Origin: an uncultured Gemmatimonadaceae bacterium
GTDB lineage: Bacteria > Gemmatimonadota > Gemmatimonadetes > Gemmatimonadales > Gemmatimonadaceae
Assembly: GCA_963716745.1 (NCBI GenBank)
Contig: OY970320.1
Span: 1,760,001-1,824,000, forward strand
Reading direction: 5' to 3'
DNA length: 64,000 bases
Made by a program: the position numbers and the translations under genes. Positions 19,268 to 28,127 of the stretch are shown one piece after another (within the stretch, counting starts at the first letter, position 1; the number at the start of each line of letters is the position of its first letter). The notes beneath the pieces are model-generated. The model saw only the letters and a list, made by a program, of their open reading frames with translations, did not search any database and was not told where the DNA came from.

Positions 19268-20580
19268 GCGCGGTGCAGCGCTACATCGATCAGCAGGCGG
19301 CGTTCTCGGCGAACGGCGGCCGTTCGGCGCCCGCGTGGCTGCGCGATGCTCGCCGCGCGGCGATCGCGCGCTTCGAGACGCTCGGCTTCCCCACGATGAA
19401 GAACGAGGATTGGCATTTCACGAATGCCGCGCCGATCGCCGCCGCGGAGTTCGCCTTGCTGCACGGCGATCCGGCGCCGGTGAGCGCTTCGGCCCTCGCG
19501 CCGTACCGCTTCGATGCGTCCTGGCCGACGCTGGTGTTCGTGAACGGGCGATTCCGCGCGGAGCTCTCAAGCGGCGCGCCCGGCGCCGGCGTGCGCGCGA
19601 TGGACATGCCGCGCGCGTGGCGCGAGACGCCCGAGTTGCTCGAACGGCATCTCACGCGCATCGCGACGTCGGACAGTGCGTCGTTCACGGCGCTGAACAC
19701 CGCCTTCCTCGACGACGGGGCGGTGATCCACATCGGCGCGGACGTCGAAGCCGCCGCGCCGGTGCACCTCATCTTCGTCGCCGACGAGCGGGCGGCCAAC
19801 GGCGCGGCGCACGTGCGCAACCTGATCGTCGCCGAGCGCGGGGCACAGGCGGGCGTGGTGGAGAGCTATGTGTCCATCGGCGCGGCGCGGTACTTCACGA
19901 ACGCGGTCACCGAGCTGCACGTGGGCGACGGCGCGACCGTGCGCCACGTGAAGGTGCAGCGCGAGAGCGAGCGCGCGTACCACGTGCACACCGTGCAGGC
20001 CGTGCAGGGGCGCGACAGCCACTTCCAGAGCTTCTCGTTCGCGAGCGGCGCGGCGCTCTCGCGCACGAACATCTATACCGCGCTCGCCGGCCCGGGCTGC
20101 GGCGCCACGCTGAACGGTCTGTACATGACCGACGGCGAGCAGCACGTCGATCACCAGACGCGCATCGAGCACATCGCGCCGAACTGCTTCAGCCGGGAAC
20201 TCTACAAGGGGATCCTGGGCGGGGCGTCGCACGGCGTGTTCAACGGCAAGGTGTACGTGCACCCCGAGGCGCAGAAGACCGACGGGAAGCAGACCAACGC
20301 GAACCTGCTCCTCTCCGAGCGCGCGCGCGTGGACACCAAGCCGCAGCTCGAGATCTTCGCCGACGATGTGAAGTGCACGCACGGCGCCACCGTGGGCCGC
20401 CTGGATCCGAACGCGCTGTTCTACCTCGAGAGCCGCGGGATCGGCGGCGATCTCGCGCGCCGCTTGCTCACGTACGCGTTCGCGGCCGATGTCATCGAGA
20501 CGATCGAGTTCGCGCCGGTGCGCGAGCAGCTGGAATCGCTCTCGCTCGCGCGATTCGCCGGCGTGGGGGCCGGCGCCTGA
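19264..20580 (+). CDS. sufD: Fe-S cluster assembly protein SufD
   Basis: GFPTMKNEDWHFT, GVFNGKVYV and KPQLEIFADDVKCTHGATVG. GTGA overlap with the corrected sufC stop. Confidence 0.95.
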   Translation: MSAVQRYIDQQAAFSANGGRSAPAWLRDARRAAIARFETLGFPTMKNEDWHFTNAAPIAAAEFALLHGDPAPVSASALAPYRFDASWPTLVFVNGRFRAELSSGAPGAGVRAMDMPRAWRETPELLERHLTRIATSDSASFTALNTAFLDDGAVIHIGADVEAAAPVHLIFVADERAANGAAHVRNLIVAERGAQAGVVESYVSIGAARYFTNAVTELHVGDGATVRHVKVQRESERAYHVHTVQAVQGRDSHFQSFSFASGAALSRTNIYTALAGPGCGATLNGLYMTDGEQHVDHQTRIEHIAPNCFSRELYKGILGGASHGVFNGKVYVHPEAQKTDGKQTNANLLLSERARVDTKPQLEIFADDVKCTHGATVGRLDPNALFYLESRGIGGDLARRLLTYAFAADVIETIEFAPVREQLESLSLARFAGVGAGA

Positions 20581-20903
20581 TGGATGGCTACGAGCCGCTC
20601 GCGCGCGTGGAGGACCTGCCCGCCGGCGCGCTCCTCGGCGTGAAGACGTCGGGCGGCGAGCATGTGTGTCTCGTGAACGATCGCGGCACCATCCACGCGG
20701 TGTCGGGATTGTGTTCGCACCAGGAGTTCCCGCTCGACGACGGCACGCTCCTGACGGGCGGTCGCATCGAGTGCGCGTGGCACGGCAGCCAGTTCGAGCT
20801 CGTGAGCGGCGCGCCGCTGACGCCGCCGGCCGAGGAACGCATCGCGGTATACCGCGTGATGGTCATTGGCGGCATGGTGTGCGTGGGAGCGCGGCGCGGA
20901 TGA
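20580..20903 (+). CDS. Rieske-type (2Fe-2S) ferredoxin
   Basis: CSHQ and IECAWHGSQF motifs. Confidence 0.92.
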   Translation: MDGYEPLARVEDLPAGALLGVKTSGGEHVCLVNDRGTIHAVSGLCSHQEFPLDDGTLLTGGRIECAWHGSQFELVSGAPLTPPAEERIAVYRVMVIGGMVCVGARRG

Positions 20904-22129
20904 GTGCCCTCGCACCGCGCGCCGATTTCCCGCTGCTCGCCGCGGACCGCCAGCTGGTGTACCTCGACAGCGCCGCCACCGCGCAGAAGCCGCAGGCAGT
21001 GCTGGATGCGATCGCGGAGTTCTACTCGCGCGATTATGCCAACCCGCATCGCGGCGCCTATGCGCTCTCCGCACGCGCGACGTCCGCCTATCGCGGCGCG
21101 CGGCATCGGCTGGCGCGCTTCTTCGGAGTGGCCGACGCCGACACGCTGCTGTTCACCAGCGGGTGCACCGCCGCGCTGAACCTGGTGGCCACTGCGTGGG
21201 GGCGTACCAACGTGCGTGCCGGCGACCGGATCATCGTCACCGCGGCGGAGCACCATGGGAATTTCGTCCCATGGCAGCAACTCGCGCTCGAGCGCGGCGC
21301 GGAATTCTCGATCGCGCCGCTGGGCGACGACGGTACCGTGGACCTCGCGGCGCTCGGCGCGATGCTGGACGCGCGCACCAAGGTGGTGGCGTTCAACCAC
21401 GTGTCGAACGTGCTGGGCGCCGTGAACCCGGTGGGTGAGATCGCGTCGCTCGTGCGCGCCCGGGCGATCAATGCCGTGACCGTGTGCGATGGCGCGCAGG
21501 CGGCGCCGCACATGCCGGTGGCGATCGATGCGCTGGGCGTGGACTTCTACGCCTTCGGCGGCCACAAGATGTTCGGCCCGATGGGCGTGGGCGTGCTCGT
21601 GGGACGGCGGACGCTGCTCGAAGCGATGCCGCCGTACCAGAGCGGCGGCGACATGATCGAGTTCGTGCACGACGATCACAGCACCTGGAACGTGCTGCCG
21701 CACAAGTTCGAGGCCGGCACGCCGAACGTCGAGGGCGCGGTGGGTCTCGCGGCGGCGGCGGACTACCTGGAGAAATTCGGGATGGCCGCGGTGCACGCGC
21801 ACGGCAGCGCGCTCGCGTCGCGCGCGATCGGGCAGATCGAAAAACTCGAGAGTGCGCGCGTGTTCGGACCGCCCGCCGGCGCGGATCGCGGCGGCGTGGT
21901 GAGCTTCACCCTGGCCGACGTGCATCCGCACGACCTGTCGTCCATCCTCGATGCGCGCGGCATCTGCATCCGTGCCGGCCACCACTGTGCGCAGCCGCTC
22001 ATGCGGCGCCTCGGCGTGGGGTCCACCGCGCGCGCTTCGTTTTCCATCTACAACGATGAGCACAATGTGGATGCGCTCATCGGCGGCCTGCGCGCCGCTC
22101 TCGAATTGTTCGGGCATGTCTCCGTCTGA
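20900..22129 (+). CDS. sufS: Cysteine desulfurase SufS
   Basis: YLDSAATAQKP, GGHKM, FEAGTP, HPHD and class II RAGHHCAQP. Confidence 0.96.
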   Translation: MSALAPRADFPLLAADRQLVYLDSAATAQKPQAVLDAIAEFYSRDYANPHRGAYALSARATSAYRGARHRLARFFGVADADTLLFTSGCTAALNLVATAWGRTNVRAGDRIIVTAAEHHGNFVPWQQLALERGAEFSIAPLGDDGTVDLAALGAMLDARTKVVAFNHVSNVLGAVNPVGEIASLVRARAINAVTVCDGAQAAPHMPVAIDALGVDFYAFGGHKMFGPMGVGVLVGRRTLLEAMPPYQSGGDMIEFVHDDHSTWNVLPHKFEAGTPNVEGAVGLAAAADYLEKFGMAAVHAHGSALASRAIGQIEKLESARVFGPPAGADRGGVVSFTLADVHPHDLSSILDARGICIRAGHHCAQPLMRRLGVGSTARASFSIYNDEHNVDALIGGLRAALELFGHVSV

Positions 22130-22562
22130 CGACGCGCTCAGCGCGATCTATCAGGAGGTGCTGCTCGACCACTACCGGCGGCCGCGCAACCGCGGACCGC
22201 TGCCGCAGGCGAACGTCTCGATCCAGAAGAAGAATCCACTCTGCGGCGACGAGATCACGCTGCAGATCGAGTTCGCGGGGGACACGGTGCAGGATGTGAA
22301 GTTCACCGGCCAAGGCTGCGCGATCTCGCAGGCGTCGGCATCGATGATGACGCAGCAGCTCAAGGGGAAATCGCGCGAGCAGGTGGAGCGTCTCGCGCGC
22401 CGGTTCACCGAGATGGTGCACGGTGACGATGCCGCGGCGCGCGATGCGGCGCTCGGCGATCTTCGCGCGCTCGCCGGCGTGTCGCGGCTGCCGGTGCGTC
22501 TCAAGTGCGCGCTGCTTGCGTGGGGCGCGCTGGCCGAAGCACTCACCGAGGAGCGCGAATAG
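22116..22562 (+). CDS. sufU: SUF-system NifU-family protein SufU
   Basis: YQEVLLDHY, NPLCGD, GCAISQAS and RLKCA. Confidence 0.95.
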   Translation: MSPSDDALSAIYQEVLLDHYRRPRNRGPLPQANVSIQKKNPLCGDEITLQIEFAGDTVQDVKFTGQGCAISQASASMMTQQLKGKSREQVERLARRFTEMVHGDDAAARDAALGDLRALAGVSRLPVRLKCALLAWGALAEALTEERE

Positions 22563-22564
22563 TC

Positions 22565-22858
22565 ATGTATGCGATCGCGATCATCCGCTATCGGCGGCCG
22601 CTCGAGGAGATGCTCAAGGTGGTCGACGCGCACCGCGCGTACCTGGGCGAACTCAAGGCGAAGGGGATCCTGCTCGTGTCCGGGCCATTCGAACCGCGTA
22701 ACGGCGGCGCGATCCTGCTCCGCGTGCCCGATGAGGGCGCGCTCGCGGCACTCGACGCCGTGCGCGACGGCGATCCCTACATCAAGGCCGGCATCGCGCA
22801 GTACGAGATCCTGCCGTGGAAGCCGGGGATCGGCGCGGAGTCGCTCGAGCGGCTCTAG
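22565..22858 (+). CDS. YciI family protein
   Basis: HRAYL...LLVSGP...GG...DPY pattern. Confidence 0.85.
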   Translation: MYAIAIIRYRRPLEEMLKVVDAHRAYLGELKAKGILLVSGPFEPRNGGAILLRVPDEGALAALDAVRDGDPYIKAGIAQYEILPWKPGIGAESLERL

Positions 22859-24061
22859 TCAGCGGCGCGTGCGGCCGCGCGTCGGCGGCGCCCAATCGGG
22901 CATCATGCGCCGCATGAAATCATCGAACATCGGTACGGTGAACGCCGTGTCGCCTCGCGCTGGGCTGTAGATCATCCCTTTCTGGATCAGGTCGCCGCGG
23001 ATCGGCGCCGCGGCAGTGATCGGCAGCCCGAGCAGGTCCGCGATGGCCGCCGATCGGTGCGAACCCGGGCCGAGCTCCGCCATCGCGCGAACGTAGTCGC
23101 GTTCGCGCGGTGAGAGGCGATCGAACCGCACGCGGAAGAAGCCCGCGTCCAGTGCGCGCAGTGCGTTCTCGGTGGCGCGATCGGCGTCGGCGAGCGTGAT
23201 GGGCGATGCCACCGCGGCATTCCACGCGTGCGAGCCCCACTCCTGCAAGAAATATGGGTAGCGCTCGGTACGCTCGACAATGCGCGCGAGTGCGGCCGGT
23301 GCGATGTCCACTCCTTCATCGATGATCGGCTGGCGGATCGCTTGCGCGGCCGCGGCCGGAGAAAGTGGCCCGACCTCCGGGAAATCGAACAACCGCTCGG
23401 CGTACGATTTCGCTTCGCCTACGAGTCCTGCGAGTTGCGGCAGACCGGCGCCGAAGACGATGAGCGGCAGATCACGCTGGGCGATCTTGTGGATCGAGAC
23501 GATGAGCGCGCCGAGATCGTTCTCGCTGAGGTACTGCACTTCGTCGATGAAGATCGCGACACCCCGCGACGCGGCTTTGGCCGCGCGCGCGACCGCCTCG
23601 AGCAAGGCGGGCAGGTCGGATTCGAGGTCGCCGGAATCGGCGACGCCAGGCTCCGCCTCCACGCTGAACTCCGCGCCGCCGTACTTGACCTTGAACGCGC
23701 TCGCGAACGAACGCAGCACGCGTATGCCTCTGTTCGCGAGTTCGCGCGCATGCGCGATCCCGCTCAACTTGAAGAGCGTAGCGCGCAACGGCGGTACGAG
23801 CATCTCCGCGAGACGGCGGCTCTCGGGCGCTTCCAATACCACCGTCAGATAGTTCTGCATCTCGGCGATCTCGGCGATGCGATTGAGCAACACCGTCTTG
23901 CCGACGCCGCGGAGCCCCAACAGCAGCTGGCTTTTCGCCGGCCGGCCGTCGATCACGCGCTTGAGCGCGACCGTCGCATCGTCGATGATGCTCTCGCGGC
24001 CCGCCAGCTCGGGAGGGCGCGTGCCTGCACCAGGTGCGAATGGGTTCCTTGCTCTGTCCAT
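22859..24061 (-). CDS. AAA/STAND-like P-loop ATPase with C-terminal winged helix
   Basis: NPFAPGAG..PP.LAGR, Walker A GLRGVGKT, Walker B IFIDEVQ, YPYFLQ and a C-terminal HTH-like segment ending FTVPMF. Confidence 0.85.
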   Translation of the reverse strand: MDRARNPFAPGAGTRPPELAGRESIIDDATVALKRVIDGRPAKSQLLLGLRGVGKTVLLNRIAEIAEMQNYLTVVLEAPESRRLAEMLVPPLRATLFKLSGIAHARELANRGIRVLRSFASAFKVKYGGAEFSVEAEPGVADSGDLESDLPALLEAVARAAKAASRGVAIFIDEVQYLSENDLGALIVSIHKIAQRDLPLIVFGAGLPQLAGLVGEAKSYAERLFDFPEVGPLSPAAAAQAIRQPIIDEGVDIAPAALARIVERTERYPYFLQEWGSHAWNAAVASPITLADADRATENALRALDAGFFRVRFDRLSPRERDYVRAMAELGPGSHRSAAIADLLGLPITAAAPIRGDLIQKGMIYSPARGDTAFTVPMFDDFMRRMMPDWAPPTRGRTRR

Positions 24062-24092
24062 GCGTCGAGAATCGTCCTGTGATTTCTTAGCG

Positions 24093-24146
24093 ATTTATCC
24101 AGTATTTATGACTATAATTACTAACTAGTGTAACTAATGGATAAAT
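24093..24146. promoter_or_regulatory. AT-rich imperfect inverted repeat upstream of the ATPase (operator-like)
   Basis: ATTTATCCAGTATTTATGACTA versus the reverse complement of the right arm, ATTTATCCATTAGTTACACTA. Confidence 0.6.
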
Positions 24147-24255
24147 ATGCCTGATCGAGCCCCGTCGCGCAATTCCGCGAGCCCCGCGGTCATACGAAGG
24201 AATTCTTATGGACGATCGGCCTAAGATCGCTAATTCGGCAGCGCGCGCGCCGGCG

Positions 24256-25281
24256 TCAACATAGATGCACCGCCATCGCCTTGAAGGAGACCCAGACCCG
24301 CTGTCCCTCCGCAAGCGCCAGGTCCTCCGCCGATCGCGTCGTGAGCGCCGCCACGAGCGGCACCCCGTCCACGTCCACCACAGCGCGCGTCAAAGCGCCG
24401 AGCGCCGCGATTTCGGTGACGCGGCCGTGGAACCGGTTCCGCGCCGATGACACGCCCAGTCCCGTCGACAGCGTCACCTCCTCAGCGCGGATCACCGCGT
24501 GGCCCGGACCCGGGTGCGCGTCGCCCACGGTATAGAACGTGAGCGGGCCGGTCGCGAACTCGATCTCACCGTCGCGCACTCGAACTTCCCCCGCGAAAAC
24601 GTTCTCGGCGCCCAGGAACTCGGCGATGTACGGCGATCCCGGAGCGCGGAAGACGGTGTTGGGCGGCCCCGACTGCAGCACGCGGCCCGCATCGAGCAGG
24701 ATCGCGACATCGCCGAGCAGTCCCGCCTCGGTGAAATCGTGCGTCACCTGCAGCACCGTCATGCCGAGTTCGCGGTGCAGCGCGCGCACCTCGCGCCGCA
24801 CTACCGCGCGCCGACGTGGGTCGAGCGTGCTGAACGGCTCGTCGAGCAGCAGCACAGGCGGCCGCGCGGCGATGGCGCGCGCGATGGCTACGACCGCGCG
24901 CTCGCCCCCGCTGAGCGTTCGAACATCGCGCGCCGCGAGCGCATCGGCCCCGACGCGCGCGGCGACAGCGCGTGCGAATGCCGGATCCGTCGCTCCATAG
25001 GCGATGTTCTCCGCCACCGAGAGATGCGGGAAGAGATAGCCGTGCTGGTGCACGAGGCCGATGCCGCGGCTCTCGGGCGGCACGCCGGCGGCATCGCGGT
25101 CGTTGACGATGAGCGTGCCGCCGTCGTGCACGATGAGGCCCGCGATCACTTCGAGCAGCGTGGTCTTGCCCGAACCCGCCGGCCCGATCACCACGCCGTA
25201 CTTGCCACGCGGCACTTCGAACGTGACCTCGCGCAGCGAGAACTCGCCCGCGTGGGCCGAGAGCGATCGGACCGCGATCAT
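24256..25281 (-). CDS. wtpC: Tungstate/molybdate ABC transporter ATP-binding subunit with TOBE domain
   Basis: GPAGSGKT, LSGGE, LLLDEP, VTHD and a C-terminal SSARNRFHG..FKAMAV TOBE domain. Confidence 0.8.
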   Translation of the reverse strand: MIAVRSLSAHAGEFSLREVTFEVPRGKYGVVIGPAGSGKTTLLEVIAGLIVHDGGTLIVNDRDAAGVPPESRGIGLVHQHGYLFPHLSVAENIAYGATDPAFARAVAARVGADALAARDVRTLSGGERAVVAIARAIAARPPVLLLDEPFSTLDPRRRAVVRREVRALHRELGMTVLQVTHDFTEAGLLGDVAILLDAGRVLQSGPPNTVFRAPGSPYIAEFLGAENVFAGEVRVRDGEIEFATGPLTFYTVGDAHPGPGHAVIRAEEVTLSTGLGVSSARNRFHGRVTEIAALGALTRAVVDVDGVPLVAALTTRSAEDLALAEGQRVWVSFKAMAVHLC

Positions 25282-26078
25282 GCTTCGCTCGCGCGATGCT
25301 CGGGACGCAACGCCCGCAAGGCAACGAGCGGCACGAGCGCGAGCAACACTAAGATGGCCGCGACGGGCAGTGCCTCGGTAAGTCCGTAACTGGTATAGCG
25401 ATCGTAGCTGAGCACGCTCGCGACTCTGGGATTGTACGTGAGCACCACGATCGCGCCGAACTCGCTCACCGCGCGCGCCCACATCACCACGCCCGCGGCG
25501 ATGAGCCCGCGCGTCGCGAGTGGCAGCGTGACGCGGCGGAAGGCGCGCCACGGCGGATCGCCGAGCGTGCGCGCGACGTTCTCGTAGCGCGCGTTCACGC
25601 CGCCGAACGCCTCGCGCGCGGCGCTGATGAACAGCGGCGCCGAGACGAACAGCATCGCCGCGATGATGCCGGCCGGCGAACCCACCACGCGCAGTCCGGC
25701 CGCGAGGAGCGCGCCGCCCACCGCGCTCTGGCGGCCGAGCACGAGCAGCAGCGCCATGCCGGCCACCGGATGCGGCACGAGGAGCGGCAGATCGAGCAGC
25801 GCGGCAAGCAGCGAGCGGCCGCGGAACCGACGTCGTTCGAGGAGATAGGCGAGCGGCGCTCCACCGATCACGCCGAGGAGTGTGGCGACGGTGGCGGTGA
25901 GCGCCGTGAGCGCGAGCGAGTTGCGCAGCTCGGCGTCAGTGAAGAGGCCCGCCGCGCCGGCGGCGCCGCCCGCAGCGACGAGCCGCGCGAGCGGCGCGAG
26001 AAGGAAGAGCAGGAACAGCGAGCCCGCGAGCGCCGCGATCACCGAGGCGGCGCGGTGTGTCGCGCGCGTGCCGTTCAC
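25278..26078 (-). CDS. wtpB: Tungstate/molybdate ABC transporter permease
   Basis: DLPLLVPHPVAG, YENVARTLG and WARAVSEFGA. Confidence 0.82.
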   Translation of the reverse strand: MNGTRATHRAASVIAALAGSLFLLFLLAPLARLVAAGGAAGAAGLFTDAELRNSLALTALTATVATLLGVIGGAPLAYLLERRRFRGRSLLAALLDLPLLVPHPVAGMALLLVLGRQSAVGGALLAAGLRVVGSPAGIIAAMLFVSAPLFISAAREAFGGVNARYENVARTLGDPPWRAFRRVTLPLATRGLIAAGVVMWARAVSEFGAIVVLTYNPRVASVLSYDRYTSYGLTEALPVAAILVLLALVPLVALRALRPEHRASEA

Positions 26079-27004
26079 GGAGAAGCGGCGCGCGCGACGG
26101 CGTCCGGGGCGCCGGAGCCGATGATCGCCGGACGCGCGAGCACGTCGAGTTTGTTCGCGCGGAGCACGCGCTGTCCGTCGGGCGAGAAGAGATACGCGAC
26201 GAAGCGCGCCGCCAGCACGGCGTGGGGTGCGCCCACCGGAATGGAGAGCGCGAAGACGATCGGCGATCCGCGGAAGGTCACCGAGTCACGCGGCGTATTG
26301 CCCGCGACGCGCACCGACACCGTCGCGTAGCGCGCACTGTCGGCGGGATCGCCGAGATCGATCTCCGCCGGCAACGTCAGATACGAGAGCGACGCGGCCT
26401 GCGCAACCGATTCATATGCCCAGATGTAGTCGAACTCGCCCGCCTGGACGAGCGCGACGAGATCCGCCGATTTCGGACGGATGTTTCGCGGCGGACTCGC
26501 GGCGAGCAGCCGCGCCGCGGCGCCCGGCTGGGCGTAGTACGCCTCGGCGAGCTGCAGCACGAGGAGCGTTCGATAGCCGTTGGGATCCAGATCCGGATTC
26601 GCGCGCCCGGTCTCGACGCCCGGGCGCAGCAGCACCGAGGTCCAATTCTTGGCGGTGATCTCCGAGGCGAACTTGGACTTCGGCGTGTACGCGATCACCA
26701 TGCGATTACGCGCGAACAGCGCGTACCACGTCGTGTATTTTGGGCTCAGGAGCTGGGGGAACACGTCGTAGTCCGCGAGCGCGATCACGTCGGGGATCTT
26801 CCCGAGCTCGGTGAGCTTGCGCGCGGTCTCGAGACTGCCGGCGTTCTCCTGCGCGACGGTGATGCGCTCGTGCGCGGCGAAGCTGTCGGCCGCGGCGCGA
26901 AGCGGTCGGCCGAGGGAGCCGGCGTTGAAGAGGGTGAGGTCCTGGGCGCTGACACGGCTCCCTGCGAGAGCGAGCGCAATGCACGTGGCGATTCTAAGGC
27001 GCAT
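26075..27004 (-). CDS. wtpA: Tungstate/molybdate-binding protein, WtpA type
   Basis: Signal peptide, FNAGSL, GSLETARKLTELGKIPDVIALADY, ANPDLDPNGYR..L.LQLAE.YY, IRPKS, YESVA and LPAEIDLGD, all typical of WtpA. Confidence 0.82.
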   Translation of the reverse strand: MRLRIATCIALALAGSRVSAQDLTLFNAGSLGRPLRAAADSFAAHERITVAQENAGSLETARKLTELGKIPDVIALADYDVFPQLLSPKYTTWYALFARNRMVIAYTPKSKFASEITAKNWTSVLLRPGVETGRANPDLDPNGYRTLLVLQLAEAYYAQPGAAARLLAASPPRNIRPKSADLVALVQAGEFDYIWAYESVAQAASLSYLTLPAEIDLGDPADSARYATVSVRVAGNTPRDSVTFRGSPIVFALSIPVGAPHAVLAARFVAYLFSPDGQRVLRANKLDVLARPAIIGSGAPDAVARAASP

Positions 27005-27167
27005 GTGAGTTCGGGATTCGCGATTCGGGATTCGGGCTCGCACGAACGGAAGTTCGCCGCTCATCCCGCGTGTGGCAACCAATGCACCACAATGGCCGTA
27101 CTGCGTGCGGTGGGAGTAATTTGTGTCGTCCCCGAGTCCCGATATCCCGAGTCCCGAGAAGTTCATG
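27002..27167. repeat. Heptamer-built inverted repeat spanning a divergent intergenic region (element C)
   Basis: (TCGGGAT)n at 27011-27037 and (CCCGAGT)n at 27131-27157, each abutting a start codon. Confidence 0.8.
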
Positions 27168-28127
27168 CCCGATTCCGCCGTCGAGATCTCGCACGTCGTC
27201 AAGAAGTACGCCGGTCACGCGGCGGTGAACGATCTGTCGCTCACTGTTCCGCGCGGTTCCGTGTACGGTCTGCTCGGCCCCAATGGCGCCGGGAAGACGA
27301 CCACCATTCGCATGCTGCTCGACATCATCGAGCCCGATGAAGGTTCGATCACGGTGTTCGGCAAGCCGCACGATGCGCGCGGGAGCACCGACAAGATCGG
27401 CTATCTGCCCGAGGAGCGCGGCCTCTACAAGAAGATGCAGGTGCGGCGCGTGCTCCGGTTCCTCGCCGCGCTCAAGGGCGTGCCGCGGCGCGAGGCCGAC
27501 CGCCGCATCACCGCGTGGCTGGAACGTCTCGAGCTCAAGACCGCCGAGAAGGACTGGGGACTCGCGAAGGTGGACGAGCTCTCGCGCGGCATGCAGCAGA
27601 AGGTGCAGTTCATCGGTGCGCTGCTGCACGAGCCGGAGCTCGTGATCCTCGACGAACCGTTCAGCGGGCTCGATCCGATCAACGCGCAGGCGCTCAAGGA
27701 CATCATGATCGATCTCCGCAACCAAGGGCGCACGGTGGTGTTCAGCACGCACTTGATGGACAGCGCCGAGCGCATGTGCGACTCAGTGTGCATCATCGCG
27801 CGCGGACGCAAAGTGCTCGACGGCGGCGTGGCCGCGGTGAAGGCGCAGCATGGGGGCCGCTTCGTGGCGCTCTCCTTGTCGCATGGCGCGCCGGCCGCGG
27901 GGGCGGTGCTCGCCGACGCGTCGCTGGTCGCCCGCGCCGACGACTCGAACCGCTCGCTGGAGATCGAGCTCGCGCGCGGTGCCGACGCGCAGCAACTGCT
28001 CAAGCGTCTCGTGGACGCCGGCGCCGGTATCGAGCGCTTCGAGCTCGTGCAGCCGTCGCTGCACCGGATCTTCCTCGACGCGGTGGGCGCCACCGGCGTG
28101 GAAGAGGGAGTGACCGGCCATGGGTAA
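27165..28127 (+). CDS. ABC-2 exporter ATP-binding subunit (NatA/YhaQ-like)
   Basis: GPNGAGKT, GYLPEERGLY, LSRGMQQK and LDEPFSGLDP. Confidence 0.92.
   Translation: MPDSAVEISHVVKKYAGHAAVNDLSLTVPRGSVYGLLGPNGAGKTTTIRMLLDIIEPDEGSITVFGKPHDARGSTDKIGYLPEERGLYKKMQVRRVLRFLAALKGVPRREADRRITAWLERLELKTAEKDWGLAKVDELSRGMQQKVQFIGALLHEPELVILDEPFSGLDPINAQALKDIMIDLRNQGRTVVFSTHLMDSAERMCDSVCIIARGRKVLDGGVAAVKAQHGGRFVALSLSHGAPAAGAVLADASLVARADDSNRSLEIELARGADAQQLLKRLVDAGAGIERFELVQPSLHRIFLDAVGATGVEEGVTGHG

Noticed and set aside
18604..20580. 658-aa apparent SufC-SufD fusion
   Set aside because: Caused by a +1 base near 19196. The conserved SufC end ([17 protein letters not shown]) is in the adjacent frame and overlaps the sufD GTG.
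27002..27167. Moco/Tuco riboswitch upstream of wtpA
   Set aside because: I could not find the characteristic conserved segments on the minus strand. The region is dominated by heptamer repeats.
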